From the IMG/VR virus record IMGVR_UViG_2061766007_000330: DNA of 64,000 nt. The stretch is one strand, 5' to 3'. This DNA is from a virus (lineage: Duplodnaviria; Caudoviricetes). The position numbers and the translations under genes are program-made. Position 1 is the first letter of the stretch, and each line of letters opens with the position of its first letter. The notes under the pieces were generated by a model. That model made no database searches and was not told where the DNA came from. It saw nothing but the letters and a program-made list of their open reading frames with translations. Below are positions 19,846 through 28,021 of this stretch, one piece after another.

Positions 19846-21774
19846 ATGAACATACGTAAACCATATTCAAGTGTAATAAAGATGGCGCGATCCACACGAG
19901 AGACCATGTATAATCGACAACTCTCTCCTGTGTTTGTGCCAAAAGTCAAACCTAAGCCTGTCTCTCAGATACAACGCCAGGTTCAGGAAGTGCGGGAACG
20001 AAAATATCCATTCTTTCCTGAGCCTGTCGAAAAAGTCTATGACAGATGCTATTTAAACGATACGGCTATGCCAGTCTTGTATGAGTCTGCACAAGACGGA
20101 ACTCTTTTGACCAATATAGCCATAATCTATTCGGTGTACGGACACTCGGATATTCGAAAGGAAGTATTTGACAGTGTCATGTCTCGAATGACCAACTTAT
20201 TGAATCCTAAAGCACTTATATTCATTTGCGAAGGGCAGTATGACAACGTCTGGGATTTTGAGAAATATAAAGACATTCCAGGTGTTGTCTACTATCCTTA
20301 TCAGTTGAATCCAGAAACACAAGACGGAATCTGGCTGAAAGAAGGTCTATGGAACTACGCGGCTCACATGCTAATGGAAGATGCTACGTATGACGACGTT
20401 CAGTATTTTCTGTTTTTAGACTCCGACATTATTCCATATGAGAGTAACTACATAGCCAGAGTCTTGAACACACTGAAGACTTATTCCATTGCCGCTCCCT
20501 TTGCAGTTGGGTATTACTCGAATCAAGAAGACCGAAAGCATGAAATATTCACAAGCGTCGAATACGGATATAGAAAAAAGACACAGTACTATAAGCATCC
20601 TGGATTCGGGTTTGCAATGACTCGTGACTTTTATAAAAACCGTGTAAAATACTTTGAGAGTGCTCATGCAGGAGATACGATTTTTTGGAGACGAGTTTAT
20701 GGAAAGCGCTATGTGATTCCGCGTCGACATGAGATTGTTTCTGTAGATCGCATCACCGAGCAAGGTATGGTTCCAAAACCGTCTGTTGGTTATGTGGATG
20801 CGTTATTTGTCCATATTCACCACTCAGCTCGGTTGGTTGATTATTATCTTGGCAGCGCCACAGCGTATCGTCTGTGTTGTACAACACTAGATGACCTATG
20901 GAAATTCGACGCATACGGAGTTCCGTTTGATTCAGGTACGATAAAGTCGAAGATATTTAAACAGTTGTGGTCGATTCTCATGAAAGCTAATAGCAAAGAC
21001 AAACCATTGACCATTAGAGAAACTGCTGCTGTTTATGAGAAATTGGCATGTGATGCTTATGGTGAAATCAACGATGAATACCCTTTGGTCGTTGCCTGTG
21101 TATATCGTCCGTATGGACATTACACGGAAGATCACGTCCGTCATCTAAAAGCACAATTTGAAAAATATTGTCAAGTACCTTTTAGGTTTGTCTGTTTTGC
21201 CGACAATGATGTAGACGGAGTGGAAACGATAAAGTTGAACACATCACCCGAACAATCGCCTGGAACATTACCGCAAGTGGAATTTTTTAGAGACATCTGG
21301 TCACCAAACGCAAGTATCTTGACATGTGACTTGGATACTGTGATAATGCGTCCGTTTGTTCCTCATCGGTGTCCTATCGATACGGTTTATATGCTTAAGG
21401 AGTATGGAAACAAACAAGGTGCAAATGTTGACAGGATTCTGTGGAACTGTGGAATGATGTACTTCCGTGGTAGACAATTTGTTCAGGTATATCGTCAATT
21501 TGAACGGGATGTTCTAGATGCCGTTAAATGGCATCATCCTGCGTTCCAGTATATCGGAACACAAGAATATATCGCCTCTATTCTTAGAGGTCAGGGTATT
21601 TCACTTGACGATATCGGACATCATTTTTCATACTCGTTTTTCTCGAAAGATCTCGATCGGTGGGCGTTGCCAGATTCTGCGTTTATGCATTTCTGCTGGT
21701 ATCCAAAACCTTGGGAAGCTGCTGTCAAAGATGTGATTCCGCAAGCAAAGGATTTCCCACCGTCGGCAATTTAA
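19846..21774 (+). CDS. two-domain glycosyltransferase, closest paralog of 17882-19843
   Basis: WLKEGLWN, FLDSD, PGFGFAMTR; DLDTV, WNCG, HPAFQYIGTQEYIA, HFCWYPKPW. Confidence 0.8.
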   Translation: MNIRKPYSSVIKMARSTRETMYNRQLSPVFVPKVKPKPVSQIQRQVQEVRERKYPFFPEPVEKVYDRCYLNDTAMPVLYESAQDGTLLTNIAIIYSVYGHSDIRKEVFDSVMSRMTNLLNPKALIFICEGQYDNVWDFEKYKDIPGVVYYPYQLNPETQDGIWLKEGLWNYAAHMLMEDATYDDVQYFLFLDSDIIPYESNYIARVLNTLKTYSIAAPFAVGYYSNQEDRKHEIFTSVEYGYRKKTQYYKHPGFGFAMTRDFYKNRVKYFESAHAGDTIFWRRVYGKRYVIPRRHEIVSVDRITEQGMVPKPSVGYVDALFVHIHHSARLVDYYLGSATAYRLCCTTLDDLWKFDAYGVPFDSGTIKSKIFKQLWSILMKANSKDKPLTIRETAAVYEKLACDAYGEINDEYPLVVACVYRPYGHYTEDHVRHLKAQFEKYCQVPFRFVCFADNDVDGVETIKLNTSPEQSPGTLPQVEFFRDIWSPNASILTCDLDTVIMRPFVPHRCPIDTVYMLKEYGNKQGANVDRILWNCGMMYFRGRQFVQVYRQFERDVLDAVKWHHPAFQYIGTQEYIASILRGQGISLDDIGHHFSYSFFSKDLDRWALPDSAFMHFCWYPKPWEAAVKDVIPQAKDFPPSAI

Positions 21775-21873
21775 TGAAAGCAACCCTCCCTCTTGATCTT
21801 CAGGACATGATATAAGGGGACTTGTTAATTGAGGAAGATTAACATTAATTACAAAAGAGGGAGGGTATGCACA

Positions 21874-22236
21874 ATGAAGACATATCTGTATATAGTCTTT
21901 GTTTCGTTATTGACTGCATTACTCCTGTACACTACGGGGTGTCAGTCATCTGAGCAACTCACGTACATTCAGAGCAAGAGAATCAAATATGCTACTGCTG
22001 CACTGAATCGTCCGATTGTTGAAGGAACCAATGTCAAAGCCGACAATCTTAAGGTGTATGGACAGGCTCCGGAACTGGATCCAATGGTTGATCCTCTTAA
22101 GGAATGGCTAGATGCGGGTGTTGACGTTCTTAAAACTGCCGGTATGTTCTGGCTTGGTGGAAAGATCGTCAAGAAACTTAGCAAGGATCCAAAAGCACCG
22201 CCTAGAGCGGTATCGACGAAAGCAGGAGGTGAGTAA
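21874..22236 (+). CDS. putative lipoprotein
   Basis: start moved to the ATG at 21874 (GAGGGAG RBS); signal peptide ending in a lipobox-like TTGC. Confidence 0.6.
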   Translation: MKTYLYIVFVSLLTALLLYTTGCQSSEQLTYIQSKRIKYATAALNRPIVEGTNVKADNLKVYGQAPELDPMVDPLKEWLDAGVDVLKTAGMFWLGGKIVKKLSKDPKAPPRAVSTKAGGE

Positions 22237-22238
22237 CT

Positions 22239-22463
22239 ATGAAGAAACTACTTACTTTGATGTTTATTAACACTTGGCTGTTTGTTGGCTGTGTTGGACC
22301 GTCGGTCGTGGCTCTCGGATCGAATATCAACTACTCAACTAACGAAGCTTCAACCGAAGGTCAGGTCAACATAGGCGCAAAAAAGCCCGCGACAAACGAT
22401 GTTAACTATAACGGGGGAAAGCTAAACGTGACCAACAATGCTTCAGTTGAAAAAACGAAATAA
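22239..22463 (+). CDS. small putative lipoprotein
   Basis: MKKLLTLMFINTWLFVGC lipobox; GGAGGT RBS. Confidence 0.65.
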   Translation: MKKLLTLMFINTWLFVGCVGPSVVALGSNINYSTNEASTEGQVNIGAKKPATNDVNYNGGKLNVTNNASVEKTK

Positions 22464-22475
22464 AGAGAGGGATGT

Positions 22476-22934
22476 ATGAAAGAAGAACTTATTGATGTGA
22501 CCTCGTGTGGAAAGGCTTATCGCCTTGATGATGAGGGTCTGTGGTATCTCGAAGGGTACTACGAACTTACGGACGAACAAAGAAAGTCCATTTGTAACGG
22601 AATTGGCGCCGCTAGTGGCGTGTCCAAGAAATTCCCCAACACGGTGTGGGGATTGAATTGTAAGACTGCTGGTGATCGTCATGATTATTCTTACTACGTT
22701 GGAGGTACTGCTAACGACCGCTATCTTGCGGATAAGTATTTTTATCTGAACCTGTCGATCCTTGTTCACAGGGGTTGCTGGCTTCTGTTGCCTTTCCGCA
22801 TGGATCGTATTCGCAAGTACTATATCGCATTGCGTGTCTTTGGTGGATTCCATTTCGGAACAAAAGACGATGGTGACATCGTTTCAGATTCCGAAGCTAA
22901 ACAGGAAATCAAAGAACTGGATAACGCAGAATAA
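22476..22934 (+). CDS. phospholipase A2-like fold protein
   Basis: CNGIG...C...DRHDYSY..GG...R..AD..F...YY.ALR.FG pattern with an HD dyad. Confidence 0.55.
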   Translation: MKEELIDVTSCGKAYRLDDEGLWYLEGYYELTDEQRKSICNGIGAASGVSKKFPNTVWGLNCKTAGDRHDYSYYVGGTANDRYLADKYFYLNLSILVHRGCWLLLPFRMDRIRKYYIALRVFGGFHFGTKDDGDIVSDSEAKQEIKELDNAE

Positions 22935-22966
22935 ATTTGTTTGATCAAGTCCCCTTTACGTACACG

Positions 22967-22991
22967 GGATGGACGGTTTTTCCGTCCATCC
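22967..22991 (+). terminator. intrinsic terminator
   Basis: stem GGATGGACGG/CCGTCCATCC with a T-tract shortly downstream. Confidence 0.7.
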
Positions 22992-23034
22992 TATGTACCA
23001 TGCTTTTTTGTTCACAAACAAAGGAATTTGTTCT

Positions 23035-23805
23035 ATGAGAAAATTACTTGTAAACATACCTCCACAACCGCTGCGTAAGCCTATTCGTGTTGCTCCTGCA
23101 AGACCGTTACGTTATGTGACAGGGACGTTGGCTGAATATAAACGTGCTATTGTTGACGGATTGATTACAGAAACAGACGAGACTCTGTATTTCATTTTAG
23201 ATACGTGTGAGATTTATCGTGGACTTCGTCGCTTCAGTATGGGTGACCCACGAATGATTTATAACTACATTGATAGAAAAATTGCGGATAGAGTCAATGC
23301 ATTGATTCGTTTGAACAGCCCTAAGGAGGCCGCCGAGATTCTCTCTCAGCAGCCTGGATTTAATGGAGCTATTTTCAGATCGTTTGATGACATTGCGAAG
23401 GAAGCGGCTGTTGGTTACAGACCCCCGTGCCCTCCACCAGTTGCATATCCGCCACCGCCTCCATGTGCTCCCCCACCACCTCCTCCACCAAGACCTGGAT
23501 ATGTTCCACCGAGTTATCAGCCTCCTGTTCCAGTGCCACCACCTCCAAGACCGTATCCACAACCTCCGTATCCGCCATATCCTCCGTTCCCTCCGCCTCC
23601 ACCACCGCATGGAAAACCAGATCCGTATCAAGAACCTGAACCAGAGCCTGAACCCGATGTACCAACCCCTACTCCTCCGGATGATGATAACGATGGTTGC
23701 CACTGCAATTGCAATTGTGATGGTTATGGAGGTGGTGACGGCGGTTATGTGGCCTTAGAGGGAGAAGTGTGGCTGACGTTTGATGAACTTATGAACAGAA
23801 TTTAA
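23035..23805 (+). CDS. fibre-N-module protein with poly-proline (extensin-like) stalk
   Basis: likely start at ATG 23035 (AAGGA RBS); LYFILDTCEIYRG module; P/Y-rich tract; EP repeats; CHCNCNC. Confidence 0.7.
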   Translation: MRKLLVNIPPQPLRKPIRVAPARPLRYVTGTLAEYKRAIVDGLITETDETLYFILDTCEIYRGLRRFSMGDPRMIYNYIDRKIADRVNALIRLNSPKEAAEILSQQPGFNGAIFRSFDDIAKEAAVGYRPPCPPPVAYPPPPPCAPPPPPPPRPGYVPPSYQPPVPVPPPPRPYPQPPYPPYPPFPPPPPPHGKPDPYQEPEPEPEPDVPTPTPPDDDNDGCHCNCNCDGYGGGDGGYVALEGEVWLTFDELMNRI

Positions 23806-24686
23806 CGAAGATAATCTGGTTTTAGATACCAATGGTTGGCTTTGAACTCTGTGTCTCCATTAAAGTCTTTGTTTTGATAAAACACAATAAGACCTAAATG
23901 ATCGTTCGTGTGATACACAATGGTTGAGGCATGGAGTTCATCGTCTTCCAATTCTTCTTTTGTTCTGTGTAAGTTCTTTTTGTTTACCTGGTCATCAGAA
24001 CATTCAACCCATTGATTGCCGAATTTGTCTTGAACAACTCCAGTATATCCATGAGCGATAATCAGATTGTCTGCTGTGGTGATGTCATGATCAGGGTCTC
24101 CGTTTTCTGACCAACTGGTGTTGGTTTTCTCAAACGTACGCTTTTCTTTTTTGTTTTGTTTTTTTGTTTCACAATAATCAAAGTATTCTGGATGTTTGTT
24201 TTTTATCCATGAGTACACGACAGCTGCATCAGACTCGGTGTCAGTAAATGTTAGTTGACCATCTTTTGCTTGCTTAAGAAACTCTTGATTGTTTTTCAAG
24301 CGTTCAAAGAACCTAGTTCCATATTGATCGTCGTTTACATGACCATAATGAAAAGTAAGAATATCCTCTTCGTTTACCTTCGACGGCAATATCTTACATT
24401 TTAAAACTTTTCTAAGATATTTTAAATGCGGATTTGACGACTCGGTGTTGTAGTCGAATACAATTGCATTTCTTAGATAAGTCAATCCAAGCATCTTTAT
24501 GTCGCTTTCAAACAGATAACATTCAATGTTGTTGTTGTAACAATAGTTGAGAATGATGTCATGGAAAGGTGAATTAATATTTAAAACTGTCACAGCACAT
24601 CGTTTGTCAAGACAGTATTCAAGACGTTGATGAATGAACGGGTAATTGTTGTAGTTCTTCGGACCGGCAATGAATATCATGCTCAT
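23802..24686 (-). CDS. hypothetical protein with degenerate SLOG/DUF2493-like N-terminus
   Basis: MIFIAGPKNYNNYPFI resembles the IIAGSR.F.DY start of SLOG domains; start uncertain (ORF track gives 24761). Confidence 0.45.
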   Translation of the reverse strand: MSMIFIAGPKNYNNYPFIHQRLEYCLDKRCAVTVLNINSPFHDIILNYCYNNNIECYLFESDIKMLGLTYLRNAIVFDYNTESSNPHLKYLRKVLKCKILPSKVNEEDILTFHYGHVNDDQYGTRFFERLKNNQEFLKQAKDGQLTFTDTESDAAVVYSWIKNKHPEYFDYCETKKQNKKEKRTFEKTNTSWSENGDPDHDITTADNLIIAHGYTGVVQDKFGNQWVECSDDQVNKKNLHRTKEELEDDELHASTIVYHTNDHLGLIVFYQNKDFNGDTEFKANHWYLKPDYLR

Positions 24687-24753
24687 GATACGTTTCCCTT
24701 CTAGTTGTTGTTTAATCATGTCATAGGAATATGACACAGACGTAAAAAGGAAA

Positions 24754-25194
24754 ATGCTCATGAAATGCTTTAATTGTGGAAAACAGATGAAAAAGGTACG
24801 GGACGGTCATGGTGTTATCCTTGACATGTGCCCCTCTTGCCACAGCATGTGGTTCGACCGTGGAGAATTCTCTATTTACTTTGATTTGGTCAAGGCAAAG
24901 GCGCGTCAGGTTTCCAACAATCTTGACGGTCTTTTGGCTTTTGAGAAGAAGATAGAGGCTGCCACTGTTTCCGAAATACCTGATGATCCTGGTGTCTGTA
25001 AGGCATGCGGGCTTGGAAAGCTCATTCAAATATCTCATACGGATACACACGCTGCTCTGCTGAAATGCACGAACTGTCGTGGCATTGGAATGAAGAAAGA
25101 GAGTGAAGCGGTTATCAGAAAATATACAGAACGTTCGAAATTCCAGATTTTCTGTGATCGATTAAGAAAATTGTTTGGGTTAAAAAACAAATAA
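24754..25194 (+). CDS. double zinc-ribbon (zf-TFIIB-like) protein
   Basis: CFNC...LDMCPSCHSMWFDRGE and a second CKAC...CTNC. Confidence 0.8.
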   Translation: MLMKCFNCGKQMKKVRDGHGVILDMCPSCHSMWFDRGEFSIYFDLVKAKARQVSNNLDGLLAFEKKIEAATVSEIPDDPGVCKACGLGKLIQISHTDTHAALLKCTNCRGIGMKKESEAVIRKYTERSKFQIFCDRLRKLFGLKNK

Positions 25195-25201
25195 CACAAA
25201 G

Positions 25202-25230
25202 CACACGCTAGGTTATTAGCCTAGCGTGTG
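25202..25230. terminator. terminator between convergent genes
   Basis: 11-bp stem CACACGCTAGG. Confidence 0.75.
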
Positions 25231-25896
25231 TCAGTGAATTGCTCCTTTGTTTGCCGTAATGAGCATCTGTTCAAACGCGTTTGTTATTTCTTCTTCGGTT
25301 ACATTTGCTTCGTAGAGCGCATGAGAAACCTTGGCGATTTGACCAACGATCATCGTTAATTGTGTAACGATTGGCATCTTTGGTTTCTTGATATTGTTTA
25401 CGATTCCGGAAAGAAGACACGCTGTATCATACGCCGATGTCATTAAGAACGAACTGTATTCGTCTTCCTGAAACTCTGAAATACACGAGCGTTCAACCCA
25501 GCAGGCATCCAACCCTCCCCGTCTGTGGAGATTGGAAAAACACGGAATTCTCAGAAATTCGACGTAAGGATACCACACAGATTCGTTTTGTGGCAATATT
25601 CTGCTGCCTTTTGAATACTCGGCAGAAATATCAGCAAACTGATTTCTTTCCAGAAGAGTGTAGACTGTGTAATCAAGTACAGGAATGACGAATTTTGTAG
25701 ATTCGTCTTTTGTGTTTTTCAACGACTCCGCTGTCAATGTCAATGTCGTGTATTTGTGGTTGACGTTCATTGACATGTAGACAGCGTTAGTGAGTTTGTT
25801 GACAAACAGAGGTTGACTGGCGGAGGAGTTCTGAATAAACCACTCCGCACCGAGTTTTTCAAAATTTTTATGTTTGTTTAACGACATGACGTGCAA
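25231..25896 (-). CDS. hypothetical protein
   Basis: 221 aa ORF overlapping the end of the upstream gene. Confidence 0.6.
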   Translation of the reverse strand: MHVMSLNKHKNFEKLGAEWFIQNSSASQPLFVNKLTNAVYMSMNVNHKYTTLTLTAESLKNTKDESTKFVIPVLDYTVYTLLERNQFADISAEYSKGSRILPQNESVWYPYVEFLRIPCFSNLHRRGGLDACWVERSCISEFQEDEYSSFLMTSAYDTACLLSGIVNNIKKPKMPIVTQLTMIVGQIAKVSHALYEANVTEEEITNAFEQMLITANKGAIH

Positions 25897-26921
25897 TAAA
25901 CGTTTTTGTCAAATTTTGAAAGCCAATCTGCCAAGAATAAGACATCGGATTCCGAAAGTGGACGATACTGATTCGTGTCGATACCTACATTGACACCATT
26001 GCGTTTAACCACACCTAGACGATGAATGTGGCCAAACATCCAGCAATCAGGCTCTTGATTTTTACTAAGGGCAATGCCAGCAGTCTCATAAGCCAATGGT
26101 TCATGAACCATGATAAATGTTTTATCTCTAAGTTTTACCGTCGTAGGTTCGAGATACAGTGAAGGACTGAAAACTCGAACACGTTTGTCTTTGTAGAATA
26201 CTTTAGAGAAATTATCGCCACCTTCTATATCGTGATTACCAGGAGTGAATTCGATGCTTGATCCGTTTAGAACTTTAAGTATCGTTGGATCACCAAAATC
26301 TCCTAAATGGTAAACGGTATCTTGGTTCAGAATACGTTTGTTCCAATTGGAGATAAGTCCCAGTGTCATCGCGTATGTTGAATGCCATGGGCGTTTCGAC
26401 AACTTCAACGTTCTGTCTTCGTTGAAATGAGTGTCCGCAGTAAAGAACTTTTGACTAGGTCTGGTCATCAGTTCTGCAATATACTCAGAGCCATCATTGA
26501 TAAATTCAAACGTCGGTACTTCATTTGCCATGACCAAGTCTGCGAACGCCGTGTCTTTGTACATGCCTGGACAGATAAACACGATACGTTCGCATTTCAG
26601 CCATTGACTAAGAGTAAGAAACCATGATGAATTTGTCGATTTGTAGTTAAAATCATTATAGAAGCACATGCATGACGCATAGTGACGTGCTTTGTTATTC
26701 CAATTGACACGGGCAATGGAATCCAAATCCGTCGGATCAACAATGGCTTCTTGGATAATGACTTGATTCTCATAGACGTCTTCAGACAGACACTCTTTGA
26801 GAGCAGATTGAATTGTCTTCAGAACACAGTTCGCAATCGCCGTATCCGTGTTTATACTCAGATAGATGGCGTTGCGAACGAGAGGTGTATCTAAAGACGT
26901 TGGGTATCGTAGTACTTTCAT
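25878..26921 (-). CDS. calcineurin-like metallophosphoesterase with extra N-terminal domain
   Basis: ADTHF, LGDFG, GNHD, VHEP, GHIH, NVGID. Confidence 0.9.
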   Translation of the reverse strand: MKVLRYPTSLDTPLVRNAIYLSINTDTAIANCVLKTIQSALKECLSEDVYENQVIIQEAIVDPTDLDSIARVNWNNKARHYASCMCFYNDFNYKSTNSSWFLTLSQWLKCERIVFICPGMYKDTAFADLVMANEVPTFEFINDGSEYIAELMTRPSQKFFTADTHFNEDRTLKLSKRPWHSTYAMTLGLISNWNKRILNQDTVYHLGDFGDPTILKVLNGSSIEFTPGNHDIEGGDNFSKVFYKDKRVRVFSPSLYLEPTTVKLRDKTFIMVHEPLAYETAGIALSKNQEPDCWMFGHIHRLGVVKRNGVNVGIDTNQYRPLSESDVLFLADWLSKFDKNVYCTSCR

Positions 26922-27865
26922 TTTCCGTCAAATAGATAACCGATGTTTCCAAGATTGTTCTTTACCGTTGTCTTCTGAAGTTTCGCTTGAACACGTTTGG
27001 CGTGCTGATTATGAACACTGGCGACGACCATTGCAGGAGTTAGTGAAGTTGTAGCCATGTAGTAGTTAGCCAGACCCTTGATCACGTGAGTAAACACAAC
27101 CTGCTTTTTGCAGATGGCATGAATCTCACGGAAGATTCGACGAATGTTTCTCGTCGTTGCAACGAGATTATCGTCATTGCCGGCAAACCAGCGTTCACAC
27201 GCCTTGGAAGAAATGTACTGGTTGCCATATGGATCTGGAGTTTTGGAGATATTTTCAAACAGCGTTGCGACCATTCGGTACATCTGATGCACATGGACTT
27301 TATCCACAACATCATTGATACGACCGCTGATGTCGGCATGGAACTGCATAAGAACTTCCATGAACACATTATCATAAATAATGCTGTTCGGCTTAGTGAT
27401 ATTTTCACACATCCAATCCAACAAAATCTTCTGCTCCTGCTCGCTGAAACTGAGCCGAGACAGTTTTTCTTTTCGAGCAAGCATCGTCTGCGAAATATCT
27501 TCGACTCTGGCTTGGAAACGACGGTTCTGTTCACGCTTTTCGTGTTCGTCACCATCTTTCAACGCTGCCAGAATCTGCGTCATATACTTCGCATTCTGAT
27601 ACGGTCCGTTTGGTTTCTTGGGTGGAATAAACTTGCATGTTTCGACGACATAGAACTTGTTTGCATAAGTCAATTTGGACGGATCATTGATGTCGCAGTT
27701 GTCGTCGAGTTTTCTTGACCAATCAATGGTACGGCCACGGTACGTGAACCTACGAAGAGATGCAGTCTCGACGAGTGTTCCTGATGCGTTTGGAACATTC
27801 GTAGAAGAAATCGTTTCAGCATTCTTCATCTGTTCATTCCAATCATTGTAGAGTTCTTTCAACAT
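26918..27865 (-). CDS. hypothetical protein
   Basis: 315 aa ORF with ATGA coupling to the next gene. Confidence 0.7.
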   Translation of the reverse strand: MLKELYNDWNEQMKNAETISSTNVPNASGTLVETASLRRFTYRGRTIDWSRKLDDNCDINDPSKLTYANKFYVVETCKFIPPKKPNGPYQNAKYMTQILAALKDGDEHEKREQNRRFQARVEDISQTMLARKEKLSRLSFSEQEQKILLDWMCENITKPNSIIYDNVFMEVLMQFHADISGRINDVVDKVHVHQMYRMVATLFENISKTPDPYGNQYISSKACERWFAGNDDNLVATTRNIRRIFREIHAICKKQVVFTHVIKGLANYYMATTSLTPAMVVASVHNQHAKRVQAKLQKTTVKNNLGNIGYLFDGK

Positions 27866-28021
27866 TGGTACGGTTTCCTACAGGTTTAAAATTTGACGGT
27901 TTTTGTAAGTTAAGAGCGAGACTCCCAACATGGTCATAAAATTTCTAGGTGTAATTAAATAATTATATTTATTTTTTTAGCAATTTTATGAACCTTGGAT
28001 ACCTAACTTATACATAAGGAA

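Noticed and set aside
7517-21774. GTs as T4-like DNA glucosyltransferases or a host LPS/capsule island
   Set aside because: They have GT-A motifs rather than the GT-B fold of the T4 enzymes, there are no base-modification, flippase or export genes nearby, and they are interleaved with virion genes. This reading is disfavoured, not excluded
23197-23758. Several overlapping Arg/Trp-, His- and Val/Glu-rich ORFs
   Set aside because: They are alternative-frame readings of the CCN-rich poly-proline tract
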